Assembly (NCBI GenBank): GCA_947448685.1
Contig: CANFOP010000001.1
Location: 1 to 56,249, forward strand
From: Chitinophagaceae bacterium
Lineage (GTDB): Bacteria > Bacteroidota > Bacteroidia > Chitinophagales > Chitinophagaceae
Length of the DNA stretch: 56,249 nucleotides
Direction: 5' to 3'
Shown here: positions 38,534 through 48,368 of the stretch, piece after piece
Layout of the letters: each line of letters opens with the position of its first letter
How positions within the stretch are numbered: the first letter of the stretch is position 1
The notes under the pieces: model-generated
The model's database searches: none
Told to the model about the DNA's origin: nothing
What the model saw: the letters and a program-made list of their open reading frames with translations, nothing else
Translations under genes and position numbers: made by a program

Positions 38534-39460
38534 GTGAAAAAAAATTTCTTCTTTAAAATAATTCATTTTCTTTTTCCATTGTTTTTTTTCGCAATTGTTA
38601 TAGAGTTAATGCAGAGAAACATTCCCAATGAATATGAATTCAAAAAAAAATATCTCGATAATAACGCAAACAGAATTAAAGCATTGTTTCTTGGAAACTC
38701 ACATACTGTTTTAGGAATTAATCCTGAGTACATGAGTATTAATTCATACAATGCTGCACAGGTTTCTCAGACATTGGATTATGATTATTTAATTTTAAAA
38801 AAGTATATAAACAAGTTTGATAGTTTACAATACTTGTTTATAAATATAGATTATTCAAATGTTTTTAGGAGGCTCGAAAATGATAAAAACGAAAGCTGGA
38901 GGGTGAAATTCTATAACATTAATTTCGATATCAACACCAGTTATAGCCCTGATAATAACTTTGAAATATTGAATGGTACTGTAAGAAATACAGCTCATAA
39001 GTTCTGGACCCATTATTATTGGAAACTCCCTGATTTTTCCTGCACAAATTTTGGCTATTGTATTACATACGGACAAAATCCAAAACAGAATTTTATTGAA
39101 TCGGGTGAAACTGCCGCCAAAAGACACAGGCCATATAATACAAACAATTTTAAAAAAAACATAGAATCGCTAAAACAAATCATATCGATTTGCAAAACAA
39201 ACAATCTGAAACTATTTATATTGTCTACCCCCTGTAAAAATGAATATAAAAATTTATTGGATAAGACTAATATCCGTTTGATTGATAGCACTATCAATAA
39301 CGTTGTTAAAAACAATCTTGCTGTTGATTATTTAGACTTCAAAAATAACCCCGATTTTACCGATGCTGATTTTTTTGATGCAGATCATTTAAATATTACA
39401 GGATCAAAAAAACTTACTTTAAAAATTGATAGCATTGTAAAAAAAACCAAGCAACCTTAA
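38534..39460 (+). CDS. Membrane-anchored SGNH-fold protein (AlgJ/PatB/DltD-like acyltransferase partner)
   Basis: N-terminal TM helix, LGNSH block-I-like motif, C-terminal DADHLN (DxxH); adjacent to an MBOAT gene. Confidence 0.72.
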   Translation: MKKNFFFKIIHFLFPLFFFAIVIELMQRNIPNEYEFKKKYLDNNANRIKALFLGNSHTVLGINPEYMSINSYNAAQVSQTLDYDYLILKKYINKFDSLQYLFINIDYSNVFRRLENDKNESWRVKFYNINFDINTSYSPDNNFEILNGTVRNTAHKFWTHYYWKLPDFSCTNFGYCITYGQNPKQNFIESGETAAKRHRPYNTNNFKKNIESLKQIISICKTNNLKLFILSTPCKNEYKNLLDKTNIRLIDSTINNVVKNNLAVDYLDFKNNPDFTDADFFDADHLNITGSKKLTLKIDSIVKKTKQP

Positions 39461-39616
39461 ATTATTATTATCAACAACTCAACAATATATCTACTTAAAA
39501 CATCCAAGAACAGATTTGTATTTTAATAGTGCAATGTTTCACATTGGTATGAATCGCACAGAATTATACCATTTATTATTTAGTATAAATAATTATTAAT
39601 AAACCAAACAAATTTC

Positions 39617-41080
39617 ATGCTTTTTAATTCCATCAACTTTTTAATTTTTCTTCCAATCGTTTTTTTTCTGTATTGGTTTATTGTTCAAAAGAGTTTAAAA
39701 GCACAAAATGTTTTATTGCTGATTGCCAGTTATTTCTTTTATGCATGCTGGGATTGGCGTTTTTTATTTTTACTGATATTTTCAACCCTGCTTGATTATT
39801 TTACCGGATTAAAAATGTCACAAGCAGAAAATCAAAAAGTGAAAAAAAGTTGGTTTTGGTTAAGTATTATAATTAATCTGGGTTTTTTAGGAACATTCAA
39901 ATACTATAATTTCTTCGCGGCATCATTTGCAGCAGCCATCTCAAATATTGGATTTCACGTAAACCCATGGACTATTAATGTTATTCTGCCAGTCGGCATT
40001 TCATTCTATACTTTCCATGGGCTTTCTTATGTAATTGATATTTACAATGACAGAATAAAGGCGGAAAAGAATTTTATTGATTATGCTGTTTTTGTTAGTT
40101 TCTTTCCATTACTTGTGGCTGGTCCAATAGAAAGAGCCACACATCTGCTTCCTCAAATTCAACAAAAAAGGGATTTTAATTATTCTAAGGCTGTGAATGG
40201 TTTGAGACAAATCTTATGGGGATTTTTCAAAAAAATTGTTATTGCCGATCAGTGTGCAGAATATGCGAATATGATTTTCAATAATCAGGCAGGTCATTCT
40301 GGATTGTCTCTTTTAATGGGCGCATTATTTTTTACATTTCAAATTTATTGCGACTTTTCAGGATACTCCGATATTGCTTTAGGAACAGCCAAATTATTTG
40401 GAATTGATTTATTAAGAAATTTTGCATTTCCATATTTTTCAAGAGACATAGCTGAATTTTGGAGACGCTGGCATATATCCCTTTCCTCTTGGTTTAGAGA
40501 TTATTTGTATATTCCATTGGGTGGTAGCAAAGGAGGAACTTGGAAAAAAATCAGAAATACTTTTATCATTTTTATTGTCAGTGGATTCTGGCATGGAGCC
40601 AACTGGACATTCATTGCATGGGGTACATTGAATGCCATTTATTTTCTACCACTGCTTCTTACAAATAATAACAGAAATAACTTAGAGATTGTAGCCAAAG
40701 GAAGAAAATTACCAACGTTTAATGAGGGCATTTCTATGTTATCAACATTTGCGTTAACTGTTCTTGCTTGGGTATTTTTCAGATCAGAAAATTTTACAAA
40801 AGCATTGCTTTATATAAAGAGTTTGTTTACAGGCCTTTTTATTAAGAAGTCTTACGTAGATTCCATTATATTTTTTAATAAGCGCATAGGGTTTTCTATT
40901 GTAATTTTTTTAATGATGTTTATGTTGATTGAGTGGATTGGAAGAGAACAGCAATTTGCCATTGAAAAAATCGGTTTGAAATGGAAAAGGCCTTTGAGGC
41001 TTTTGTTTTATTATGTCATTATATTGACCATCATTTGGTTTAGTGGAAAAGAACAACAGTTTATTTATTTTCAGTTTTAA
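39617..41080 (+). CDS. MBOAT family O-acyltransferase (AlgI/DltB-like)
   Basis: MLFNS, LPVGISFYTF, DFSGYSDIA, FWRRWHISLSSWFRDYLYIPLGG, SGFWHGA. Confidence 0.95.
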   Translation: MLFNSINFLIFLPIVFFLYWFIVQKSLKAQNVLLLIASYFFYACWDWRFLFLLIFSTLLDYFTGLKMSQAENQKVKKSWFWLSIIINLGFLGTFKYYNFFAASFAAAISNIGFHVNPWTINVILPVGISFYTFHGLSYVIDIYNDRIKAEKNFIDYAVFVSFFPLLVAGPIERATHLLPQIQQKRDFNYSKAVNGLRQILWGFFKKIVIADQCAEYANMIFNNQAGHSGLSLLMGALFFTFQIYCDFSGYSDIALGTAKLFGIDLLRNFAFPYFSRDIAEFWRRWHISLSSWFRDYLYIPLGGSKGGTWKKIRNTFIIFIVSGFWHGANWTFIAWGTLNAIYFLPLLLTNNNRNNLEIVAKGRKLPTFNEGISMLSTFALTVLAWVFFRSENFTKALLYIKSLFTGLFIKKSYVDSIIFFNKRIGFSIVIFLMMFMLIEWIGREQQFAIEKIGLKWKRPLRLLFYYVIILTIIWFSGKEQQFIYFQF

Positions 41081-41110
41081 TTTCAAGTAAATTGTTTCAA
41101 AAGAAAATTC

Positions 41111-41938
41111 ATGATTAAAGTGTTTCTTCAAGGCAGAATGGGTAATCAATTGTTTCAATATGCCTTTGCTTATGTGACGGCAAAAAAAAATAAAACAACC
41201 TTTTTGTTGGAAATGGACAGGAATAAGTTTTATCTGAAGCCCTTTACACTTAATTTTCCATATTGTCTGCTAAGCAACAATCTCCTTTTTAGGTTATATT
41301 GTAAAATAGCCAACAGAATTAAAATGAAATACGAGGCAGACTATACTGATTGTAAAAAAAATGTTCATTTAGATGTGAATTGTTCTAACACGCTATTTAA
41401 AGGATATTTTCAGGATGCATCTTATTTTCATGCTTATAAGAAGGACCTATTGAAATTATTCTCTCTTAAAAAAAAAGCACAACAATTATTCGAAAAAAAA
41501 TATGGAGAAATATTTAGACAAAATAAAACACTCGTAATTTGTATAAGAACTGGTATCGATTATAAAAATTTTCAATTGCCGGATTACAACTATCCGTATG
41601 TCTATTTACCAAATGAGTGGTTTAATACAATTATCGAAGAAATTAAACATGAATACCAAAAAATAGTAGTAATAAGTGACGAAATAAAAGAAGCAAAAAT
41701 CATTTTCGGCGAAAATAATAACTATTTGTATGTAGATGATGCTCCTGAGATTCAGTTTCAACTGCTCATGAACGCAGATGCCAGTGTGATTTCCAACAGC
41801 AGTTACGCTTGGTGGGGTGCCTATTTAAATCCAAAGCCCAATAAGAAAGTATATGCTCCTAATCATTGGGCAGGTTATAATATCGGAATTGAATATCCGG
41901 CTGGAATTATGACAGAGGATTTCATATGGGTACAATAA
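41111..41938 (+). CDS. Alpha-1,2-fucosyltransferase family (GT11)
   Basis: GRMGNQLFQYA, GYFQ, ISD, ISNSSYAWWGAYL; donor-binding motif is variant (CIRTGIDY). Confidence 0.88.
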   Translation: MIKVFLQGRMGNQLFQYAFAYVTAKKNKTTFLLEMDRNKFYLKPFTLNFPYCLLSNNLLFRLYCKIANRIKMKYEADYTDCKKNVHLDVNCSNTLFKGYFQDASYFHAYKKDLLKLFSLKKKAQQLFEKKYGEIFRQNKTLVICIRTGIDYKNFQLPDYNYPYVYLPNEWFNTIIEEIKHEYQKIVVISDEIKEAKIIFGENNNYLYVDDAPEIQFQLLMNADASVISNSSYAWWGAYLNPKPNKKVYAPNHWAGYNIGIEYPAGIMTEDFIWVQ

Positions 41939-41973
41939 TGTTTTACAACTGGTTGGGTTCTTATAAATGCTAA

Positions 41974-43029
41974 ATGGAAAATAAGTTTAAGGAAATATCT
42001 GTTATAATGTGCTGTCATAACAGCGCAAATAGAATTGAAAGAACATTACAATATTTGAGTCAACAACAAATCAATTCTCCTGAGATTGTTTTTGAAATAA
42101 TATTAGTCGATAACAATTGTAAGGACAACACCGTTGAAATTGCGAAACGATTCTGGAATCCTTATAATGGTAAATACCCTTTGCATGTTGTATATGAAAA
42201 TAAAGCAGGCAAATCAAATGCTCTTAAGGCCGGCTACCGTGCTGCCAATTATGAAATCCTTTTGTTGTGCGATGATGATAACTGGTTATGCCCTGATTAT
42301 TTTGAAATAACACTGTCTTTGTTTAATCAATACCCACACATTGGAATGCTAGGTGGATATGGATCAGAAGCAAAATTTGATGAAGGTGTTTCGGAACCAA
42401 TATGGTTTAAAGAAATGTCCGGCGCTTACTTCGTCGGTAAGTTTATTCAATCATCAGGTTTTTTGCCACCCACACATTTTAATATTTGGGGGGCAGGGTC
42501 TGTGATAAGAAAAACAATGTGGAATTATCTTATAGCAAATGGATTTCAATTTAAAAACAGTCTGCAAGCCGGTAAAGCTCAAGCAGAAGATGCAGAGTTG
42601 GCCAGAATAATCACTATCACCGGACATTCTCTTTATTTTGATGAACGTTTAACCTTTATACATGACTTAAGCGGAGGTAGAGTATCTGAACAAAATTTAG
42701 AAAGTCAGATAAAAATTAATGCCAGGTGTTACGGCTGGCTGGTGTTTTATAAAATAATGGTAAAGCAAGTTAAATTCAATAAAAAAAACTTGTTTCTATT
42801 TTTTTATGTAAGAGAGGTGATGGTCATTGTAAAAACACTGTTGAAAAAAAGAAATTCAATCAATAATCCGGCACATAGATTTTTAAAAACTGATTACAAA
42901 GAGATTCTTTTCGATAAATATTTATTATGGGAATTAGTCATTCATTTCGCTAAATATTTCAAAGAAAGAAAATCAGGGTTGGCATTTATTAAAAAAATAT
43001 ACAACAAACAACCCCTGTCCTCCAATTGA
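41974..43029 (+). CDS. Glycosyltransferase family 2
   Basis: ISVIMCCHN, VDNNCKD, LLCDDD, WGAG, AEDAE. Confidence 0.9.
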   Translation: MENKFKEISVIMCCHNSANRIERTLQYLSQQQINSPEIVFEIILVDNNCKDNTVEIAKRFWNPYNGKYPLHVVYENKAGKSNALKAGYRAANYEILLLCDDDNWLCPDYFEITLSLFNQYPHIGMLGGYGSEAKFDEGVSEPIWFKEMSGAYFVGKFIQSSGFLPPTHFNIWGAGSVIRKTMWNYLIANGFQFKNSLQAGKAQAEDAELARIITITGHSLYFDERLTFIHDLSGGRVSEQNLESQIKINARCYGWLVFYKIMVKQVKFNKKNLFLFFYVREVMVIVKTLLKKRNSINNPAHRFLKTDYKEILFDKYLLWELVIHFAKYFKERKSGLAFIKKIYNKQPLSSN

Positions 43030-43057
43030 TTCTGCAATATAGCTTTGCTAATATTAA

Positions 43058-43924
43058 ATGAAAGTCGCTGTATTAATTCTTGCACATAAATCTCCGGAGC
43101 AGTTGGAGTATTTAATAAAATCACTTCAACATAAAGAGGTAAACGTATATCTGCATATAGACAAAAGTGCAGCATTTAGTTATAAAAATATAAACGCAAC
43201 CTTTGTTCCCGTTCTTCCGAACTACTATTGTTCATGGGGGGCTTACAATGTAACAAGGGCAACATTTGATTTGCTGAAAAGAGCCCATAAGGATAACAAT
43301 GACTATTATGTTTTAATCAGTGGAGAAGACTTCCCAATAAAACCTATTAATAAAATTGTTGAGTTTTTCAAAACCCACGAAGGAATAAGTTACATAAATC
43401 TTCTTCCTTTGGAAGAAGTTAAAAAAGATGTGCTGGTTGATTATCCTACATTTATAAAAAGATTTTCTTTTGTTCATATTCCAATCTGCCACAACAATAA
43501 GATCTTTTCAATATTGAAACATCGTTTTCTGAGTAACTTTAAAAAACTGCAAAAAAAATTCACTTTTCTCAGGTTTAAAACGCCACGGGATATTTATGTT
43601 GGGGAGAATTGGTTTAATTTAAATAGACGTGATGTTGAAAAACTATTAAAGGAATTCAGAAAATCAAAATGGCTTAGGTTTCGATTGTCTTTTGGTTTAT
43701 TGATGGAGGAAGTTTTACCACATACATTACTAAAGAGAAGTTTAAATAATGACAAATGGGTGAATGACTCATTAAGGTTTACGATTTGGAAACCCAACAC
43801 CGGCAGCCCGGAAGTGCTTAAATCAGAAAACATATCAGATGCCATTAATTCTAATGATTTGTTTGCCAGAAAATTTGAAGATCTATCAGTGTTGAAAGAA
43901 TTATTCAATAAAATAAAGGAATAG
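43058..43924 (+). CDS. Core-2/I-branching-like glycosyltransferase (GT14)
   Basis: AVLILAHK, YLHIDK, WG, LISGEDFPIKP, GENWF, FARKF. Confidence 0.85.
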   Translation: MKVAVLILAHKSPEQLEYLIKSLQHKEVNVYLHIDKSAAFSYKNINATFVPVLPNYYCSWGAYNVTRATFDLLKRAHKDNNDYYVLISGEDFPIKPINKIVEFFKTHEGISYINLLPLEEVKKDVLVDYPTFIKRFSFVHIPICHNNKIFSILKHRFLSNFKKLQKKFTFLRFKTPRDIYVGENWFNLNRRDVEKLLKEFRKSKWLRFRLSFGLLMEEVLPHTLLKRSLNNDKWVNDSLRFTIWKPNTGSPEVLKSENISDAINSNDLFARKFEDLSVLKELFNKIKE

Positions 43925-43929
43925 TAAAA

Positions 43930-44661
43930 ATGGCTCCATATTCACATGACGAAGTGATTCATAATTTTGCAGCAGCAGAAGCAGTTCTTCCGCTCTTGTT
44001 TGAGAAGTATAAGCCAATGTCTTTGCTGGATGTTGGCTGTGGCCTTGGTAACTGGGCGGCAGTAGCCAAAAAAATGGGTGTTCCAAAAATCATGGGAATT
44101 GATGGATATTATGTCAATAAATCTTTATTAAAAATAAATCAGGAAGAATTTCTGGCAATAGATCTGAAAGAATCATTTGATTTAAAACATCAATTTGATT
44201 TGGTAATCTGCCTTGAAGTGGCAGAGCATCTTCCAGTTGACTCATCAGAAGTTTTTGTAAAATCACTTGTTAATCATTCCGAAGTTATTTTGTTTTCAGC
44301 GGCCATCCCGGGCCAAGGAGGTCAGTTTCATATTAATGAACAATGGCCATCTTATTGGCAAGAATTATTTGAAAAGAATGGTTTTGAAATGATTGATTTT
44401 TTTAGAAATAAAATATGGAACAATTCTCAAATTGACCCCTGGTACAGACAAAATTTATTTTTGGTGGTAAAGAAAGGACATTCGCTTTGCATTGGAAATA
44501 ACTTTGACATTCAATCCTATGTACACCCTGAATTATTTACCTTGTATATAAAGCAACAGGAAGCAAAAATGAAAAATTTGCAAGAAACAATCAATAGGTT
44601 GTCGAAAAGAGATCTTGTTGGGAAAATAAATAAGTTTATCAAGAAAATATTTTCAAAATAA
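43930..44661 (+). CDS. Class I SAM-dependent methyltransferase
   Basis: LLDVGCGLG, FDLVICLEVAEHL, FSAAIPGQGGQFHINEQ; C-terminal coiled-coil-like tail. Confidence 0.92.
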   Translation: MAPYSHDEVIHNFAAAEAVLPLLFEKYKPMSLLDVGCGLGNWAAVAKKMGVPKIMGIDGYYVNKSLLKINQEEFLAIDLKESFDLKHQFDLVICLEVAEHLPVDSSEVFVKSLVNHSEVILFSAAIPGQGGQFHINEQWPSYWQELFEKNGFEMIDFFRNKIWNNSQIDPWYRQNLFLVVKKGHSLCIGNNFDIQSYVHPELFTLYIKQQEAKMKNLQETINRLSKRDLVGKINKFIKKIFSK

Positions 44662-45549
44662 ATGTATTGGATATTTAACTGGGACCCTTTTCAAAAAAAG
44701 AGCAACTATATGCTGGATCAGTTAAATGATACCAGTATTCTGATTAAAACTTTAGAAAGGCCCAATCAATTAATTCAACTGCTTGAGTCAATCAAAAAAT
44801 ATAAATTCAGAGGTCCGGTTATTATTGCAGATGACAGTAAAATACATTACAGAGACCAGGTATTATCTGCGTTTCCTGATTTGAATATTACATATATCAA
44901 TTTGCCTTTTGATACGGGTACTGCAGAAGGAAGAAATAAAATGCTTGAAGTAACCAGTACTTCTTTATTTGTATTATGTGATGATGATTTTATTTTTGAG
45001 CCTCGAACAAGAATTCCTCTAATGAGAAAACTATTGATTGAAAACAATGTAGATATTTTAGGAGGTATTTTTCGACAATACAATTTGAAATCCAGAAAAC
45101 AAAAACTGAAGTCTATTATTTCAAATTGGTTTTTAAAATGCAATATTCTTATTCCATCAACCGGCATATTTGAATATCATGCAGGATTTGATATTGAAGG
45201 TAATGTTTGCAGGATGAAAAAAATAAAATATAATGATCCATTTACAATTTGCGATCTCACACATAATTTTTTTATTGGAAGGACTGATAAAATTAAATCA
45301 ATGGGAGGCTGGAATCCTTTATTAAAAGGAGGTGAACACCAGAATTTCTTTATCAGAGCCAAATTAAAAGGGCTAAAGGTTGCAACTACCCGACAATGCG
45401 GCGTTATTCACGACAGGTGGTCTCCAATGCCCGAATTATTTAAAGAATTGAGGATTAGAGGAAATAGTTATCAAAAAATAGCACTCGAGGAATTTGGGAT
45501 TACAAAAATGGAAAACTTTGAAGAAGTGATGAAAGAAAAATTTGGGTAG
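44662..45549 (+). CDS. GT-A glycosyltransferase resembling the catalytic domain of animal beta-1,4-GalNAc transferases (B4GALNT1/2, GT12-like)
   Basis: IKTLERP, IIADDS, LPFDTG..EGRN, VLCDDDFIF, DILGG, NFFIGRTDKI, EHQNFF. Confidence 0.75.
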   Translation: MYWIFNWDPFQKKSNYMLDQLNDTSILIKTLERPNQLIQLLESIKKYKFRGPVIIADDSKIHYRDQVLSAFPDLNITYINLPFDTGTAEGRNKMLEVTSTSLFVLCDDDFIFEPRTRIPLMRKLLIENNVDILGGIFRQYNLKSRKQKLKSIISNWFLKCNILIPSTGIFEYHAGFDIEGNVCRMKKIKYNDPFTICDLTHNFFIGRTDKIKSMGGWNPLLKGGEHQNFFIRAKLKGLKVATTRQCGVIHDRWSPMPELFKELRIRGNSYQKIALEEFGITKMENFEEVMKEKFG

Positions 45550-45585
45550 TAATTCAAAGGAGAAAAAATTCAACAACAAATCAAG

Positions 45586-46254
45586 ATGTTACAAACTATT
45601 AAAAATAAATTCTACAAAAAATTTCATACATCTTTTGCCAAGTCTGGCATAGATTTACAGGTCTTTCAAATCTTACAGCAAAAAAAAACTGGAACATATG
45701 TTGATGTTGGCTCGCATCATCCCATTTTAGCCAACAACACTTTTTTCTTTTATCTGCGAAACTGGAGAGGAATTTGTATAGACCCTAATCCTGCATTTTC
45801 AAAACTATACAAATCCAAACGACCTGAAGACATTTTTTTGAATATTGGAATATCAGATAAATCTGAAGATGTGCTCAATTATTATACATTGAAAGAGGGA
45901 CTTTCTGCAAGAAATTCTTTTTCGGAAGAATATATTAGTAGCAACAATCTGCATGAAAGCATTGAGCAAATCATACCCATAAAAATTATGACGTTAAATG
46001 AGGTATTCAATCAAAATATGTTAACTCCAGCAATTGATTTTTTGTCTGTTGATTGTGAAGGATTTGATTTTAGTGTTTTGAAAAGCAACGATTGGAATAA
46101 ATACAGACCCAAAGTTGTGTGCATAGAAACCCACGACAAATTGCAAAATGATCTCGTTTCAGAATCCACAATATTTATGAACCAGATAGGCTATACCTTA
46201 AAAGGCAAAACGATGCAAGGAGCACATGTAGGAAGTTTGTTGTTTATGGAATAA
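45586..46254 (+). CDS. FkbM family methyltransferase
   Basis: YVDVGSHHPILANNT, WRGICIDPNP, IDFLSVDCEGFD, RPKVVCIE. Confidence 0.92.
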   Translation: MLQTIKNKFYKKFHTSFAKSGIDLQVFQILQQKKTGTYVDVGSHHPILANNTFFFYLRNWRGICIDPNPAFSKLYKSKRPEDIFLNIGISDKSEDVLNYYTLKEGLSARNSFSEEYISSNNLHESIEQIIPIKIMTLNEVFNQNMLTPAIDFLSVDCEGFDFSVLKSNDWNKYRPKVVCIETHDKLQNDLVSESTIFMNQIGYTLKGKTMQGAHVGSLLFME

Positions 46255-46257
46255 ATA

Positions 46258-47238
46258 ATGAAGAAGATTTTAAAAAAAGAATTCACGTTATTAAGAATTA
46301 ATCCTGCCAATTATTCAGCAACGGATAGCAGGCATTTCCAGGATGACTTTGATGTAAGCATTATAGAGAATCATGTTCGAATGTATAAAAATGCTTCAAT
46401 AGTACAATTATATTTATTTAATTGGTTTTGTTTGCAAAAAACATATTGTCTTACCAGAAAGGCATCATCAATCAAAAAAATTAAAGCTTATATCAAATTC
46501 TTTATTTTTAAAAAGAGAAAAATCAATGAGGCAATTTGGGTATTAGATCAGTGGAGTTCCGGGTATTTCCACTGGTTTACGGAAGTTTTGCCACGCATAA
46601 TATCAGGAATGGAAGTAAATAAAGAGGTTAAGGTTTTATTGCCTTTACATTTTAAACAGTATGATTTTATGCTGGAAAGCCTTGGGGCATTAAAGACAGA
46701 AGCAGTATTTTATGATATCAACCAGCGGATTGTTGTAAATAAACTGTTTGCTCCTTCACATTTACAACCCGCACAATTTGACCCTGAGTATATTCTAAAA
46801 GTAAGAGATGCATTTCAGCCATGTGTAACATCTAACTTGCCAGAAAAAAAAATTTATATCAGTAGAAAAAAAGCAAATAGAAGAAAGGTTATAAATGAGC
46901 AAGAACTGCACAATATGTTAATCGCTTACGGATTTATTACAGTTTATATGGAAGAACTTTCTTTCTCCAATCAACAGGCTTTAATGAATGAAACAAAAAT
47001 ACTAATCAGCAATCACGGAGCAGGTTTAACAAACATGCTATTTATGAAAGAAGGCTCGACGGTAATTGAACTTAAAGCAGATACTTTAGATATCAACAAC
47101 TGTTTCTTTAATCTTGCAACAGCTTTGAATCATCAGTATTATTACACTATAAACCAGTCAGATTCAAATGAAATTCAAAAAGCAAATATCATGGTGGACT
47201 TGATAAAAATTGAATCATTGCTGAATAGTATTCTTTAA
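46258..47238 (+). CDS. Glycosyltransferase family 61 (DUF563)
   Basis: YFHWFTEVLPRI, IYISR..RRKVINE, HGAGLTNMLF, VIEL. Confidence 0.9.
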   Translation: MKKILKKEFTLLRINPANYSATDSRHFQDDFDVSIIENHVRMYKNASIVQLYLFNWFCLQKTYCLTRKASSIKKIKAYIKFFIFKKRKINEAIWVLDQWSSGYFHWFTEVLPRIISGMEVNKEVKVLLPLHFKQYDFMLESLGALKTEAVFYDINQRIVVNKLFAPSHLQPAQFDPEYILKVRDAFQPCVTSNLPEKKIYISRKKANRRKVINEQELHNMLIAYGFITVYMEELSFSNQQALMNETKILISNHGAGLTNMLFMKEGSTVIELKADTLDINNCFFNLATALNHQYYYTINQSDSNEIQKANIMVDLIKIESLLNSIL

Positions 47239-47239
47239 A

Positions 47240-48367
47240 ATGTCCGTACTGTTTTCTATAATCATACCCTGTTATAATCAGGCCCATTTTTTACCTGATT
47301 GCCTGAACTCCTTGTTGGCTCAACAGTATCAACATTGGGAAGCAATAGTGGTGAATGATGGCTCAACGGATGATGCAAATCAGGTTGTATGGGCTTATCA
47401 GGAAAGGGATGCAAGAATCAAATTGATAAAAAAACAAAACGGCGGACTTTCATCAGCCAGAAATGAGGGAATTAAACAATCATCGGGCAGTCGATTTATA
47501 TTTTTGGACGCGGATGATTTTTTATATGACAGGTGTTTGGCTGAGCTTTCAACAAATCTCAATATTGTAAATGATGATGTATTAATACAATATGGATACA
47601 CCTATATTTCTGAAAAAAAAGATAAAATACTTCAAACGGTCATACCATCGGAAAGAAAAAATTTAATCCCTGATATTTTTTCAAACATTCTTGCGCCATG
47701 TCATAGTATTTGCATCAGTAAAAAACTAATTGACGCGTCCGGATACTTTGATGAAAATTTGAAAAGCCTGGAAGATTGGGATTTTTGGCTAAGGGTTGCG
47801 AAATCAGGAGCTACACATAAAGTAATACCAACATCACTTGTCAATTACCGTTACGTGAAAAATAGCATGAGCAGAAATCCTTTTACAATGTATGATTCAT
47901 TTATGAAGGTAGCACAAAGAGCTGTTTTACCTGACTCAAGGATTACCGTTCCCTCCACTTTGAATAAAAAATATGAACATGATATGAACCCTTTTTTACA
48001 AAGTGCTTTAATGAGCGTTTTAGGGGTCGCTATCATGCAAAATAAAATAGAAGAATCCGTTAGATTGTTTAATAAAGAATCCCAAAAGGAAAAAAATCAG
48101 TTTATTCCTGCTGAATTCGAACCGATGTGTTCTTATTTAAGTTTTCGTTATTGGTATGATAAGGAAGATATTGAAAAAGTATTTTCAGATTTTTACCCAA
48201 GATTTGAATTGTTCTTTAATAATTTGGGATATGACAATCAATTTATTCAGAAGGCCTGTTATTTTATTTTCAAGCGCCATTTGTTTTTCAGAAATAAATA
48301 CAAGTACGGTAGGCGATTAGGGGGTTTTATAAATTATTTATTAAGAAAAAAAGCAGCCATTTTATAA
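47240..48367 (+). CDS. Glycosyltransferase family 2
   Basis: IIIPCYN, VNDGSTD, GLSSARN, FLDADD, EDWDFWLR. Confidence 0.93.
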   Translation: MSVLFSIIIPCYNQAHFLPDCLNSLLAQQYQHWEAIVVNDGSTDDANQVVWAYQERDARIKLIKKQNGGLSSARNEGIKQSSGSRFIFLDADDFLYDRCLAELSTNLNIVNDDVLIQYGYTYISEKKDKILQTVIPSERKNLIPDIFSNILAPCHSICISKKLIDASGYFDENLKSLEDWDFWLRVAKSGATHKVIPTSLVNYRYVKNSMSRNPFTMYDSFMKVAQRAVLPDSRITVPSTLNKKYEHDMNPFLQSALMSVLGVAIMQNKIEESVRLFNKESQKEKNQFIPAEFEPMCSYLSFRYWYDKEDIEKVFSDFYPRFELFFNNLGYDNQFIQKACYFIFKRHLFFRNKYKYGRRLGGFINYLLRKKAAIL

Positions 48368-48368
48368 A

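Noticed and set aside
39532-39546. Small inverted repeat CAATGT-ttc-ACATTG before the MBOAT gene
   Set aside because: Six-bp arms are within chance expectation, with no supporting promoter or terminator context.
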